A DNA stretch of 60,415 nt, the filler included, from Globobulimina sp. (taxonomy: Eukaryota), in assembly GCA_003354225.1 (NCBI GenBank). It is 15 parts of 15 records of this genome, joined end to end, with 100 filler letters (N's around TTAATTAATTAA, not from the genome) between each part and the next. Parts side by side here need not be neighbours in the genome. Positions count along the whole stretch, not along the records: positions 12,119 to 16,056 come from PIVH01001860.1; positions 16,157 to 20,091 come from PIVH01001861.1; positions 20,192 to 24,125 come from PIVH01001862.1; positions 24,226 to 28,159 come from PIVH01001863.1; 11 more parts are not named here. One strand, 5' to 3'. Numbering within the stretch: the stretch's first letter is position 1; every line of letters starts with the position of its first letter. The notes under the pieces were generated by a model. It searched no databases. It was not told the DNA's origin and saw nothing but the letters and a program-made list of their open reading frames with translations. The position numbers and the translations under genes are program-made. Of the stretch, positions 12,399 to 24,935 are shown in pieces.

Positions 12399-13649
12399 TC
12401 AATATTTATTATATAGAAAATCAATGGGTTCAGCCCTTTCCGAAGACTCAAACCCTACAAACATACGGTTATTGCCTCTAACTTCATATGCATCGCCATG
12501 CACACGTTGCGTACGGTTTGTGTGATGATATGTAAACATTCCTGACACAAACCTATTTTTAATTTTCCAAACTTCAGCAGCTCTTCCGTATTTTTCAGGC
12601 GTCAAACCCGCAGCATTAGGAAATGCAAATTCATTGAATACCAAACCAAATTTTTCTCCATGAATAAACCAGTCAACTCTCAAGTTATGAGCACCGATAT
12701 GGCGAGCCATTAATTCCGATTTGTAAACTATTTCGTCAAATAAGTCCTCTGTCAATATCCCTTTGCTTTGCATGTCATCACACTGGTCCTTATCAACACT
12801 AATGCATGTTTTGTCATACGTTATTATAATTCCTAATGGCATACCTCCACACAATAGGCCATAATAAGCGTTTCCAAACAGAACCCATAACTTGAACTCT
12901 ATCACAGGTATCGTTTCTGAATATTGTTCTTGAACAACTATAGCTTTATCCCATCCGGATTCGTCAGGTATTGGCGTACCGTCAGTGTCCAACATACCAA
13001 CCATATCTTGTAAGAAAATATATTTAATGCGTTCATAAAAATGTGTATCTTTACCTGTTCTCATTGATTCTTGCCTAAAAATGTTAACACCTCTTTGCAT
13101 TGAACTATGTGTGGGTTTAAACACAAATCCGAAAGAATCATTGGCGTTGCGCATATACTGGAAAGCTGCTGTACACTTGTCTTTGAATCTTTTTTCATCT
13201 CTCAGGTTCTCCCATTCGTGAGATGAAACCACTAAAATGTGGTCCATCATTTTAATTGGACTTAGTGGAGTACCTACGGAGGATTCTAATTTATTTAACG
13301 TTTCGACCCAGTTTTTGGTTCTTAGTTTATTCTCAACTACATTGATAAGAAAATTTGTTCCCATTTGATGGTTATAACGAGTTATGAATTTTTCTACTTC
13401 ATATTTTTGAAAGGCAGGCATGTCTGAGGATAGTTTCGATAAAGCAATTGACTCTTTAGCATCCAGAACACAGTCTGGGTGCAATGAAAATAATCCATGT
13501 TCTTCTTTTCTTGCAAAATGTCTTGAGATAAATGTGTCTTCATCAAGACTTCCAGGCAATGACTCTTTGGCATCGTGATATTTAAATTTAGCTGAAGACA
13601 GTTGTAATGTCAGTATAAATTGAAATATTAATTGTAATAAAGCACACAT
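12399..13649 (-). CDS. Secreted TupA-like ATP-grasp protein
   Basis: Signal peptide, then FVFKPTHSS, IVVQEQY, EFKLWVLFG and LRVDWF...FNEFAF in the order seen in TupA-like ATP-grasp ligases. Intronless. Confidence 0.68.
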   Translation of the reverse strand: MCALLQLIFQFILTLQLSSAKFKYHDAKESLPGSLDEDTFISRHFARKEEHGLFSLHPDCVLDAKESIALSKLSSDMPAFQKYEVEKFITRYNHQMGTNFLINVVENKLRTKNWVETLNKLESSVGTPLSPIKMMDHILVVSSHEWENLRDEKRFKDKCTAAFQYMRNANDSFGFVFKPTHSSMQRGVNIFRQESMRTGKDTHFYERIKYIFLQDMVGMLDTDGTPIPDESGWDKAIVVQEQYSETIPVIEFKLWVLFGNAYYGLLCGGMPLGIIITYDKTCISVDKDQCDDMQSKGILTEDLFDEIVYKSELMARHIGAHNLRVDWFIHGEKFGLVFNEFAFPNAAGLTPEKYGRAAEVWKIKNRFVSGMFTYHHTNRTQRVHGDAYEVRGNNRMFVGFESSERAEPIDFLYNKY

Positions 13650-13911
13650 GATTGAATTGTATCGCTTATAAAGATGCGTACAGTACTGTTATGTCGCTGT
13701 GTCGTGCAATAAATTTATTTCTGTGATGAATGTGTGAGTTGTTTTGAATCGCCGTCTTGCGGCTTTGCGTACACTCACTTTAGTTATGTTTTCAGCTGCA
13801 GATTGTTTGCTTTTTTGTTTTTATATTTCCAGCCAATCATGGAAAGGGATGCGTTGTAGTGTAACAATGAAACTCATGAGGTTAAGATCCGAATTCACAT
13901 TCAAACAATGC

Positions 13912-16056
13912 TTACAATATTTGAAAAACATCATTGCAATTACTAGTGTCATCATTCATATTATCATTATTCTCAACTTTATCACTTGCAACCTCAAGAT
14001 TATTATTACCATTTCCTTTTTGATCAAATTTAGTATTCTGTGAGAACACAATTGTAGCACTATTCCGATACATTTCAAATCGCAAATGTTTATAAAACAA
14101 TTTCGCCGCACAATTCAGTGTCAAACATTCTTGTGAATAAATAATATTCTTCAAATGATAACAGTTATTGATATAATATTGAAAATTAATATTTTTCTTT
14201 TTCTGTGCTGACTGATGAATGCTAAATATCCATAATCCATTATGAGACAACCACGCATTGCCTTTACCGGAATGCGATGGCGATCCATACGAAGCAATAA
14301 AATCAATCCGTAATGTAATCAAATCATAATTATTTTTAATTTTATTCTTCATTTTACAGATTTTTAATATGCAACATTTGGTTTCATAGTGTTTTTTTGT
14401 ATAATTCGGAATCCATTGACCGGGATGTTTGCGTAGCTCCACAATTTCATTCAAGTTCTCCTCACCGACATCGTACAGATATTTGCTTGAACTCCGACTC
14501 GATTCCAACATATTAAATAACTTTTCATTGCCATTTCTCTTCACAAAATCTAAAAACTTCTGACTTTCATTAATCCCCTCAATGATAATATTTTCTTTCG
14601 AATTCATTCCATTCGAATTCAGTTCGTACATGTTATTATTATTTGTTTTTTTCATTTTTTTGGCGATTTGTTTGTGATTAAACTGTGATCGAACAAGGTT
14701 TTGATCGCGTACATAATGCACATAGTTCATAACTTGCATCACTTTGATGGATGCTTTTAAGCATAAATCGGGATATAATTTTAATAAAACTTGTGTTTCG
14801 ATTTTATTTTTTATGATGGCTGAACTTATTAACTTTGTTAAACGGCTTTGATCTCTTTGCAAAACATTCAAATATTGTTTGTTTTTCTTCTTGTTTTTGA
14901 CGGTATTTTCAAGCTTTTCCAGATTTAATTTATATTGTTTTAATTGTTGATATTGTATTTGATATATTTTGTCTTTGTTTATATTCAATGGATAATAGGA
15001 CAAATAATACAATTCAATCAATTCATTGCGCAGATTCTTCAACATTTTATTCTGTTTTATCCAGTTCAAATTATGCAGATAGCTGAATTTATTCACGCGT
15101 TTGTAATTTGTGTAAATAGTATATAACTTATTGATGGATAACTGCACATTTATCACTTTATTAATAATTAATTTATATTTGAAGTCCATCTCTTTGATAA
15201 ACTGTGTATAAAATGAATACTTATTATTCAAAACAACATATTTGCTCTTGGACTTATTGACATATATTTGATACATAAAGTCGATATGCTTTGATTTCAA
15301 AATACGAAAATAAAACCGTGGAATATCGCATAAATCCACCACATTCGTACACTTTTGCAATACTAATAACTTGGTATGGTTCGTATCAATGTTCTGTTTA
15401 TACTGATAACTGTCAATAATATGACTGTTATATACATAGCGGAAGTCGACTAATTCCAAAAATAAATTCCCTTCAAAGTACTCATTCTCTGTCTGCACAG
15501 CTTTACATTTGACATATTTATTATTGATGGCATCGTCCGATTTGTTATTGTATTTATTATTGTTATTATTATCATTCATATTGCTCCGTTGCAAGCGCAT
15601 ATTTTGCTGTTGTTTGTAAAAAACTTTATTAAAAGAATCTCTTTTCCGCCAACTCATCCATGACATTGGTATTAGACATTGATCGATAAAGTTAATGAAA
15701 TTGATATTATGCGTGTTGTTGTTATATAAATGGAAGTTATCCAATGAATTATATGAATATCCATCGGGCCATAAATACAATGCATGACTGGCTTTTATGT
15801 TGGATATATTATATCGAATGTCGTCGTTCATTACCAATGGGTTAACGTCTTCATTTGAGATGTACGCAAACAATGAATTTACGCGTCCGGAATGCATCCA
15901 ACTTCGTCCAGATAAATGCTTGTTAAATTTGCATAAATTTCCATTTTTAAATAGTTTTATGATTAATTCGGACGAATTTAACACATTTAATGCATGCAAA
16001 TGGTAGAAACATTTATTCTTTGCATTTGCCACTGTTTTGTACCATTTTTCTTTGTC
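13912..16056 (-). CDS. Large Asn/Lys-rich hypothetical protein, 5'-partial
   Basis: 706-aa ORF reaching the contig end; no family recognised. Confidence 0.6.
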   Translation of the reverse strand, partial: DKEKWYKTVANAKNKCFYHLHALNVLNSSELIIKLFKNGNLCKFNKHLSGRSWMHSGRVNSLFAYISNEDVNPLVMNDDIRYNISNIKASHALYLWPDGYSYNSLDNFHLYNNNTHNINFINFIDQCLIPMSWMSWRKRDSFNKVFYKQQQNMRLQRSNMNDNNNNNKYNNKSDDAINNKYVKCKAVQTENEYFEGNLFLELVDFRYVYNSHIIDSYQYKQNIDTNHTKLLVLQKCTNVVDLCDIPRFYFRILKSKHIDFMYQIYVNKSKSKYVVLNNKYSFYTQFIKEMDFKYKLIINKVINVQLSINKLYTIYTNYKRVNKFSYLHNLNWIKQNKMLKNLRNELIELYYLSYYPLNINKDKIYQIQYQQLKQYKLNLEKLENTVKNKKKNKQYLNVLQRDQSRLTKLISSAIIKNKIETQVLLKLYPDLCLKASIKVMQVMNYVHYVRDQNLVRSQFNHKQIAKKMKKTNNNNMYELNSNGMNSKENIIIEGINESQKFLDFVKRNGNEKLFNMLESSRSSSKYLYDVGEENLNEIVELRKHPGQWIPNYTKKHYETKCCILKICKMKNKIKNNYDLITLRIDFIASYGSPSHSGKGNAWLSHNGLWIFSIHQSAQKKKNINFQYYINNCYHLKNIIYSQECLTLNCAAKLFYKHLRFEMYRNSATIVFSQNTKFDQKGNGNNNLEVASDKVENNDNMNDDTSNCNDVFQIL

Positions 16057-16156
16057 NNNNNNNNNNNNNNNNNNNNNNNNNNNNNNNNNNNNNNNNNNNN
16101 TTAATTAATTAANNNNNNNNNNNNNNNNNNNNNNNNNNNNNNNNNNNNNNNNNNNN

Positions 16157-19100
16157 ACCATTTGAATGCGATACTATATTTCCAACAATTATGCCAGAGA
16201 TATTATCCATATTCAACACATTTGCTTTCTCATACAAATTGCATTCACCACGGTCTGTCAACACAATATATTTATTATTATTACCCTCGTTTCCTTCCAT
16301 TATTTGCGCCAAATTATCAGGGAAACGGCAGGACGTCGATGGTGACTCGGCTTTGACTAAAATGCCTTCACCGATCACACGCTCCAAATCGCACGGCTTC
16401 TCTCTGTCTATTTCGTCCACGGTCGCTGTATTGGGCTGCGGTGAGAAGTACGCACTCGATGCCTTAATACGCACTGTGTCACTGTCACTGCCATCAAATA
16501 ACAGCTCGGATAAATCGGCATATTCGTAATCAGTTAACAATGATTGGTAAACAGCAGATTTATAGCAGGCGGATTTCAGTCTGATTTGGTACTTTTTGGG
16601 CCCGGTGGTGTCAAATAGATAATGGATAGAAACATGATTCATTTGCTGGATGTACTGTTTATTTAAATGACGTTGGAGTTTTAATGCATTTATAGACTTA
16701 AAATAGGGATAATACTGCGAGTATGGCGAGTGTATAGGCACAGAGTTGCTCATTTCGATCAAGGTGGTGCCCAGGTTGAGGATCTCTAATTTTTCAGAAT
16801 GATCAATAAAAGTAACTGTAAAATGACCAACATCATGAGATATTCGAACGCGATTATTTTGCCATAGTTCCCACTCGGTTTTGTCACTCTTTTTGGCCTT
16901 TTTGGCCTTTGTTTGGGTCATATATTACACTCTGATTATCAGACAAAACATTCTTAACTGAACTGGAGGGATTGGGCATTGATTGCCGATTTTTATATGT
17001 GCATCATTTTGGATGGTGGAAATTTGTTTATTTTTGTAGACTGAATCTTTTTTACCAAACATTTTACGGATCCAATCCCAGAAATACCACAGTCCGTTGC
17101 CATCGGCATCATCGTCGTCAACTATTATGTCTTTATTATATTTATAGACAATCCCTTCTTTGTTATGATGCATTAACCAATAAATATAAAATGGCGATGC
17201 TGGACAGATGGCGGATAGTCCGTATTGATAAATAAATATTGATTCGATATTAACCGAATTTATAATGGATAGCCAGCTCGAACTATCATACACATCTACA
17301 TCGACACTGTTTTTCTCTTTTTTCTTAAACGTTTTATTAGTTTTTATCTTCGCTTTAGTATCTGGCATAGCTTCATCATGTAATTCAACCTCGTCATCAA
17401 ATTCCTCATATTCCTGAGAAAAATGTAGGGTATGTATGGACGTTTTGCATGTATGTTATTAAGCTTTTTCTAAGTCTTAGGGACAGATATTGCAGAGACG
17501 CCATGCTTAAGACAGTTTTTACTGAAAATGTCAGCTTGAAAATCATGCTCGCTTTGCAAGCCAAAGATATCACACAAACCTGGTATGTGACATAACCATT
17601 ATCCTCTTCTAAACTAATCAGTTCCACATGTTTATCCAGAATAATCTCACCCACATACTCCCTCATATCCTTATAAAACGGCAAAATATGCCCTTCAGTC
17701 GTAAATATATAATCATTTTCCATATCATGCAGCACATTTTCGTCATCGAACAACAGCAATAAATACTTACACGTCTCCGCCAAGAAATAGCTCGGCATAT
17801 AATCGCCTTTGTCGCCGGTGACCACATTCTCCAAAATGGTGTATCCGAACTTTGTTCTGGTCCGATTCTGAATAGCTTTCAAAATCTCAAACCCCAGCCA
17901 CAAATAATAATCTTTTTTACTTTGTCGATACGCATAAAAAATACTTTCAATCAGCTCCGGCCGCAACGGGTATTGGTTCTCGCTATGATGCGGCTGATGG
18001 CTGTTCAACAGAAAGCGTTCAGGTAAGCCATTGTACGCATACCAGATACTAAAAAACGAATTAATCGTCGACAATGACAGTGGAATGTCGCCGATTAAGA
18101 TTTGCAGCGACGGCCAAAAGGATTGCAAGGAATTGAAATGGAAATGCGATGGTTTGGAGGTACGGATATTCGTTTCTATATACCATGAGCCGGCACGCGC
18201 ATATTTCAGGATTGAATGGTATGAAATTTGAAAGATATCCCAATAATATTCATACCCCAAATAGATGTACGATTTTAGCAGATATTCATAGAAAGAATCG
18301 ATTCCTGCACCGATGCCGCCGTTGGAATTGGACCATTTCAACGACGCTCCGTTGAAGCTGTTGCCCAACAAATTGTTGTTGACATTGCGCAATTTCCATA
18401 ACGATAGCAATGCTTTGTGAGCACTGATGAAATAGATATCATTTTTGGTTAAGTAGGACAACAAACTCATTTCCAACATCAATGTGCCTACACCGGCAGT
18501 GCAAGTATCGCGCGTCTCGCCGGACAGTACGCCGTGTTTCAGGTTTATCCATGCGAAGGGGATCGAATTTGATGTATTGAAAGCATGCAACAAACGGCTA
18601 TGTGGCATATATTTGTATATCACACATCATTTGTATGAGGAAAGTGAGACTTAACTCGCCCAGATCTTGCGCTAAAGTCAGGAATTCGTCGTCATATTTA
18701 AAGTGGGGGTGGTTGTGGAAGAATAGCTTTTTCCATTTAGGGAGTGTGCAGAGAGAATGTGCGGATAATAAGGAGCCTAAAATACGTATATTGGTTTCAA
18801 ATACATGCACTCGAATATCGATGTCGAAGCCGGGGAAGATGGGTTTTGTTGAGTCATTGTTTTTTTTTAATGCACTGGATAAGTATTTGTGTGCATCGAT
18901 AAAGCTGTCGGTTCGGTTGAATAATAATAGCGAATCTAGTGAGTCTATGAGTGTCAGGGATAAACCTTTGTAGTTCGTGTTTGTGTTTTTGGCATTGCCT
19001 AATTCGGGCAAACTGTCTGTATATGAGCCACTAATCGGTTTTAGTTCGTCGTGCGGAAAGGCATATTTCATATAATTATCAAATCCAAAATTAAACATGG

Positions 19101-19245
19101 ATTTGATTTGAGAGGATGCTTCTCGTCGTAGTGATAAAGGGAATGATATCGAGTGGTATTTGCTAAAATGTTCGCGACATTGTAGCAGACTTATATATGA
19201 TAGGATTAGTAGCAGTATCTTCGCAAAACACTGGAACGCAGACAT
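16157..19245 (-). CDS. EDEM-type GH47 alpha-mannosidase with a C-terminal PA domain (EDEM3-like), multi-exon, 3'-partial
   Basis: Signal peptide; YAFPHDELKP, VFETNIRILGSLLSAH, GAGIDSFYEYLLK, LRPELIES, FLAETCKY, FTTEGH; PA motif DRGECNLYEKA. Four consecutive same-strand ORFs. Confidence 0.9.
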
Positions 19246-19424
19246 TGTTAAAAAGAGAAAGATTATTTTATTAAAGTATGTTTTGATACATATTAGTTAC
19301 AAAGTTTCTGATAAAATGAGTGATATAAATTTAATTTTACATATTTTTTTCATCCCTTTGCAACTCACGAAATAGTAGATTTTACGTACATAACATTCGC
19401 AAGAATAATAATAAAAAAATTAAA

Positions 19425-20091
19425 TCATTGCTTAATTATTATCAAATAATCTGAATCTGAATCTGAATCTTTTGATAAATGTATATTCCATTTTTTATCA
19501 TTGAATCTTTGTTTTATCGATTCAGTAAAAATCTCACTTAACCAGGATTTACCTCTTTTTCCCCTTGCTTTAATAATATATTTGATGGATGCATATGATT
19601 TGAACGACTCAATCGATGATAATAATAATAATAAACTAAATTTACATTCTGTTTTTCCTGTTGTTTTAATAACAATTTTATTGAGATTTGTAAATATTGG
19701 AAATATTTTCGGATTTATTACATTTAAATATGAATTATTCTCCCTATAAATAAGTAAATCACTTAATTCCTTAAAATGTCTTAATATGGCATCAATATTA
19801 ATAACTAATTCTGTTTTTTTATTTACAAATAAATGAAATGAATCAAGAATATATGGATCAATATCTTGTTTCTCTTTTTCTTGATTCAATTTATTATTTA
19901 TTAAGGCATTCAATATTAAAATATCTGATGGCAAAATATTAAAATTATTCTCTTCATCGGTCCATACACCAGATATCATATGATCGAATAAATAAAATGC
20001 ATGGAATATCTCTTTATAATTTTTAGCTGTCTCAATTATTATCATTGACTCAATTTTTAATCTCCTTCTTGTAAACATAAATAATCTCTCA
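19425..20091 (-). CDS. Hypothetical protein, C-terminal fragment
   Basis: 217-aa ORF starting near the contig edge; no family recognised. Confidence 0.55.
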
Positions 20092-20191
20092 NNNNNNNNN
20101 NNNNNNNNNNNNNNNNNNNNNNNNNNNNNNNNNNNTTAATTAATTAANNNNNNNNNNNNNNNNNNNNNNNNNNNNNNNNNNNNNNNNNNNN

Positions 20192-20290
20192 TGATTATGG
20201 TACGTACAACTTTGACAGGCCCATATTTCAATTTGTTGGGTAATGCCATTTGAAATGTTTCCGTATGGATCATCCCATTTTTCTATCATG
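20192..20290 (-). CDS. RanBP2-type zinc-finger fragment (partial gene)
   Basis: WACQSCTYHN cut at the contig edge. Confidence 0.5.
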
Positions 20291-20330
20291 ATAATGAGGG
20301 TTTTATTTGTTTGAGTCAACAGTATGATAT

Positions 20331-20526
20331 CTGGCATGAAATTTAATTGTCAATTTCATAAAATCACTCGAAATATGAATCAACGGTATGAAGCCTTGAT
20401 TTTTTCTATTGATATCTGTTTTTTTCTATTTTTAATCTGCTTGTGTATGACCTCTCGGCTTCATACCGTTGATTCATATTTCTCGATGATTTTATGGGGA
20501 TTGATAATAAACAATTATATGTCAGC
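20331..20526. repeat. Long inverted repeat / hairpin
   Basis: Perfect 26-bp arms 20370-20395 (GAAATATGAATCAACGGTATGAAGCC) and 20457-20482 around a 61-nt loop, extended outward by imperfect pairing with G-T wobbles. Confidence 0.92.
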
Positions 20527-20672
20527 GATGTGCATTAATCGGCCGTTATATTACTTGCATAGAACCAGAAGCGACCGGCACAAATAATGCTAACTGCAGT
20601 CAAATAAAATCACAAGTTCCAGATTCAAAATCAGATTCAGATTTTGATGAATCTGATGTATCAAATACGAAT

Positions 20673-21859
20673 ATGCAAAAATGGGAATGTTCCAATTGTC
20701 ATCGTGATAATTATACATATGAATATGATGCGGGCTTTGAATGTTGTAAACTATATTGCGAAGCATGTAAATATCCAAAGCCTGCACCATTGAATCAGTG
20801 GGTAAATAATTCAGAGCTGGCTGTATTTGGTTTTGCACAACGAATTGAGAATGCATTTGAAGTGTATATACCAATTGTAATCTTGCACTTAATTCAGAAA
20901 TATGTGGCACAAATTCGTGGTGATGTGTTCATAAAAACGGTTCGCATTAAGAACGCAAAGAAAATATTACTTGATTTAAAACGAACAAAGAAATTTGAAT
21001 GTAAAGCTACATATTTAGGGGGTGTTATGGGCGAATTTGTGGCAAATAATTATCATATGACATATCGATGGAGATTTAAATTGCTTGCAAATGATTCGTA
21101 TGTGTTTGTAGATGCAGAGAATAAGTGCACGGATGCTATATTACGCAGAGTTACCGTTGGGGCGTTGGCATAATATCGAGTGGACTCCATGTAGAATATG
21201 GTATGGATCCAGATTTGCGTCGATATTGCCCAGCGTTTAGAGCTGGCGATGTGGTGACTATGGAGTTGGATATGATCGATCAAACTTTATCGTATGGAAT
21301 TAATGATTTGTGGTATGGTGTTTGGAGAGTAGGTATTCCGCGGACGAATTATCAAACGTATTATGTGCTGAGTAGAGGAGTGACTGTGGAGAATATTGAT
21401 CTTATGATGAAGATGTGTTATGATTATGATGATGATACGGAGGAGGAATATACAGAGGAAGAAGGTGAAGTTGTTATGGAAGCAATGGCAGTGGATGTTG
21501 GAGGTGAAGTTGTTGAAGAAAAAGAGGAGGAAAACAAGCAAAATGAAGCATATGCAGTTTTTGATAAATTTGAAAAAGATAATTTAGAGAATGATAAAAT
21601 GGAAAATAGTGATAGCGAAAATTGTGAATGTGCAAAAGAGAAGGAAATGGAAATAATTGAGAATTTAAACAAAGAATTTGGATATGATAATGGTTTGATG
21701 TCAGAGTGGTGTTTGGGAAATAGAAATGTCGGGATTTTAGATCCTGAAACTAGATTATTTACATGGTTAGAAAATAAGATTAATGATCATGAATATGATG
21801 GTGCGCCGCTTGCTCCACCACCTATTGCGTTGGAGGAGGAGAATGTAAACGATAATTGA
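20673..21859 (+). CDS. Zinc-finger + SPRY/B30.2-like protein with acidic C-terminus
   Basis: WECSNC...CEAC finger; FRAGDVVTMELDMIDQTLSYGIND SPRY-like motif. The two ORFs are joined by a probable intron from GTATGT near 21098 (acceptor uncertain). Confidence 0.65.
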
Positions 21860-22226
21860 TGGAAATGAACCAAATGAAGCACTTCTTAGTGGAACTGATC
21901 TTTGATTCGTTGTCTTCAAAACTGATAGATTTCAGAGTCATATACCAACAGTGTATACCGTTTCCATTGACATTATATTGTTTCTATCTGACAGTATTTC
22001 GGTGTCATATGATATGGCGGTGTATTGTTTCTATTTGTCCTTATCATATTAATTTGCAGCACAATTGGTACAAATGCTTTAAGGTTTGCTGTACGTGTTT
22101 GGAGTTTCTTGTCATTTCTAGGTGAATACTCAAGTGTTTGTGTGCGAGGATAGTTGAACTACATTTCATTGCATCAGATAATTTTTGTATGCAAATATGT
22201 ACACTGTTTATACATAACATGACTAG

Positions 22227-24114
22227 TTATTCGAAACAAATTTTAGCATTATTTTTTGTAACCTTTGTAGGATTTGGTTGAACCTGTTTACAAAGATTTA
22301 ATCTCGCCGTATCCGGTGTATTCCATCCATCCAATAAACCTCCAGTATCACCACTATCACTATTCAAACACCAAAAGAAATTATCCGGAATATCATGTGA
22401 GCGCAAATAACTCCCATAGGCATTCATCCAACTTAAATCTTGTCCGGACATTTGACCACCCCTTTTTCATTCAAAATTGTTGCTTTTTATACTGTATTAC
22501 TAATAAAACAAAACATATATTATATACCATTCACCAACAACTAACATTTAAACAAACAAATGTTAATATCATCTAACATAACGCGACAAAAATGTACATG
22601 TCATACTCATACCTGTTGCTGCACCATTTTGTCCCCGGATAAATCCATAATGTGTATTCCAAATTGCTGTTTAACAGAAATACATCACATTAATTAAAAC
22701 AGTTCAAAGCAATTACACCTGGCATATTGTTTGGAAAATTCGGATCAGAAAAATACTTTTGAGTGGCAACCGATGGTCTATTCATAAAATATAACAATAT
22801 TAATAAAACATATGATATTGAATAACATACCCGTAGCAATGCGGACTGTATACTAATTTATTTGCAGCATTCAATTTTACTGCATGCGATGCTTCACCTT
22901 GTAAATTTTCACCCCTGTTTAGAAGGTTTGAGGCATGTCAACAAATAGAATTATATATTATATAGAAAATATTACCAAAAACAAGCATCTGCACACGGAG
23001 GAGACGTGGCAACACCTTCACAAAATATAAGCCAATCTGCACCCAATGAATGTGCGTCATTACCCATTGTTTCGCACCACGTGTTAAAATCTGTGTTTTT
23101 ATCACCAGTACCCCTGTCATGTCATGTTATATTATATTATGTATAATAGCTATGTGTACATATAATATATTATACCGTACCATGTTGCATCTGAAGGTTC
23201 ATTAAATACATCCATGGCAACAACATTCCATACTCCCTTATAACGCCTAATCATAGTTTCCCAGGCTGCTTTTGTTGCAGATTGTGGATATTTTGAATTA
23301 TACCATAAGCCATCTTCCATATAACCATCATGTTCAAGTGAATGCATATCGAGCATCACCAATATCCCATCATCACCAAATGCTGTAATTAATTTATCCA
23401 ACACTTGTAATGATGTTAAATTTACTAAATCCTGTTTTGCAATGTATTATAATTTATTTATAGGTCAAAGTGGATTTAGTTTGAATTCAAACCTCATTCA
23501 TTTGATAGGAATTAATACTATTTGGAATTGGATTTGTTTGAACCATTTGCACTGAAAAGGGAATTCTTACCGCATTGAACGAATAATTCGCTAAAAAATC
23601 AATGAACCAATGATAACTATATATTTTTATATTATAGCCATCAAAATTATTGTTGAATATGAAAGATATAAGATATTAACTCATGAGTCCATAAACCATG
23701 AGCTATGTAGAATATATATAATAATTTAATTATGTTTTTGAACGGAAATACAGGCTCTGTTAACATACCAACGAATGTTGAAGTTTCGAAACCAAACTGT
23801 GTTTGTTGTTGATGATAGTGTGTATATTAGGAAGAAGGCAATATAGTGAATATACCCAGCTAGTTCCTTTTAAATTAAATCTTTTCCCTGAATATATATG
23901 ACAAAATATAAAATATAAATGATTTTTTGTTGAAATAATTATATATATATTAATATTTACCATTTACATTTAGATATCCATGCTCTGAGGTTAATGAATA
24001 ATCTCCAGCCTCTCTGTATGGTCTACCTTCAGCATCCACTTTTGCCTCAAAACAATGTGGTCCATCTCTTCCATTTGCAATATATATTCCAACTAAAAAT
24101 AATAGTGACAGCAT
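22227..24114 (-). CDS. Secreted GH5 endoglucanase/cellulase, 12 exons
   Basis: Spliced product: signal peptide, KGTSWFGFET, HGLW, FNAVRIPFS, MLDMH, FNEP (acid/base), YSPHCYGP, VVGEWGG (nucleophile), WCLNSDSGDTGGLL. Eleven GT-AG introns traced. Confidence 0.92.
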
Positions 24115-24225
24115 GTTCTGCTCAANNNNNNNNNNNNNNNNNNNNNNNNNNNNNNNNNNNNNNNNNNNNTTAATTAATTAANNNNNNNNNNNNNNNNNNN
24201 NNNNNNNNNNNNNNNNNNNNNNNNN

Positions 24226-24824
24226 TGAAACAATCAAATCGTAGGATTATAAACACCCGCAAAATAGCCAATATTCAGATAGATTTAAATCTCGATGATT
24301 CTGCAACAAGAGGTGCACGAAAATTGGTTAAAATATGGCTTGCTGATGCCTCAAAGGACAAAATACTGCAAATTACTGATTCTGATCCAAAACGTATCAG
24401 ATTATGGATGACAACAAATGCAAAATTTATCGCAGTGAGTACAATTAAAATATTTATAATGTTGGGATGTATTATTAGCGGCAATAAAATGGGTAGAACG
24501 AGGAGATCGAATTCCAGTGTGATGAAGGAAAACAATGATAAGGATAAAATATTGAATGATGCGGAATTACGATGGCTGGCAACCTCGGCATCAAGACATG
24601 TTTATGCCGTCTGGAGGGACAGAGATAAAATAAATGATCAATGCAATTCAAAAATGGTTAATTATGGTAATTACCAATTCTCCACTGATGTTCTTAAATA
24701 TGAACAATTGTCCATCAATGATAAAAACAAATTAATTCAAGAAACATCAGTAGTCATTGACCATTTGATTAAAGATCAATTCCGAATTAATATACCAAAG
24801 CAAGTGCAACCATTTATGTTTTAA
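24226..24824 (+). CDS. Hypothetical protein, 5'-partial
   Basis: Open frame of about 166 aa or more near the contig start; no family recognised. Confidence 0.45.
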
Positions 24825-24935
24825 TTGGTGACATACTTGTTTGAATACTGTATAAAGTATATTGTTTGCAATGTTTTGAATGTAACACTATTTTTTTTTT
24901 TAGTCAGTTCAGCAAAAAACACTAAACTCAGCATC

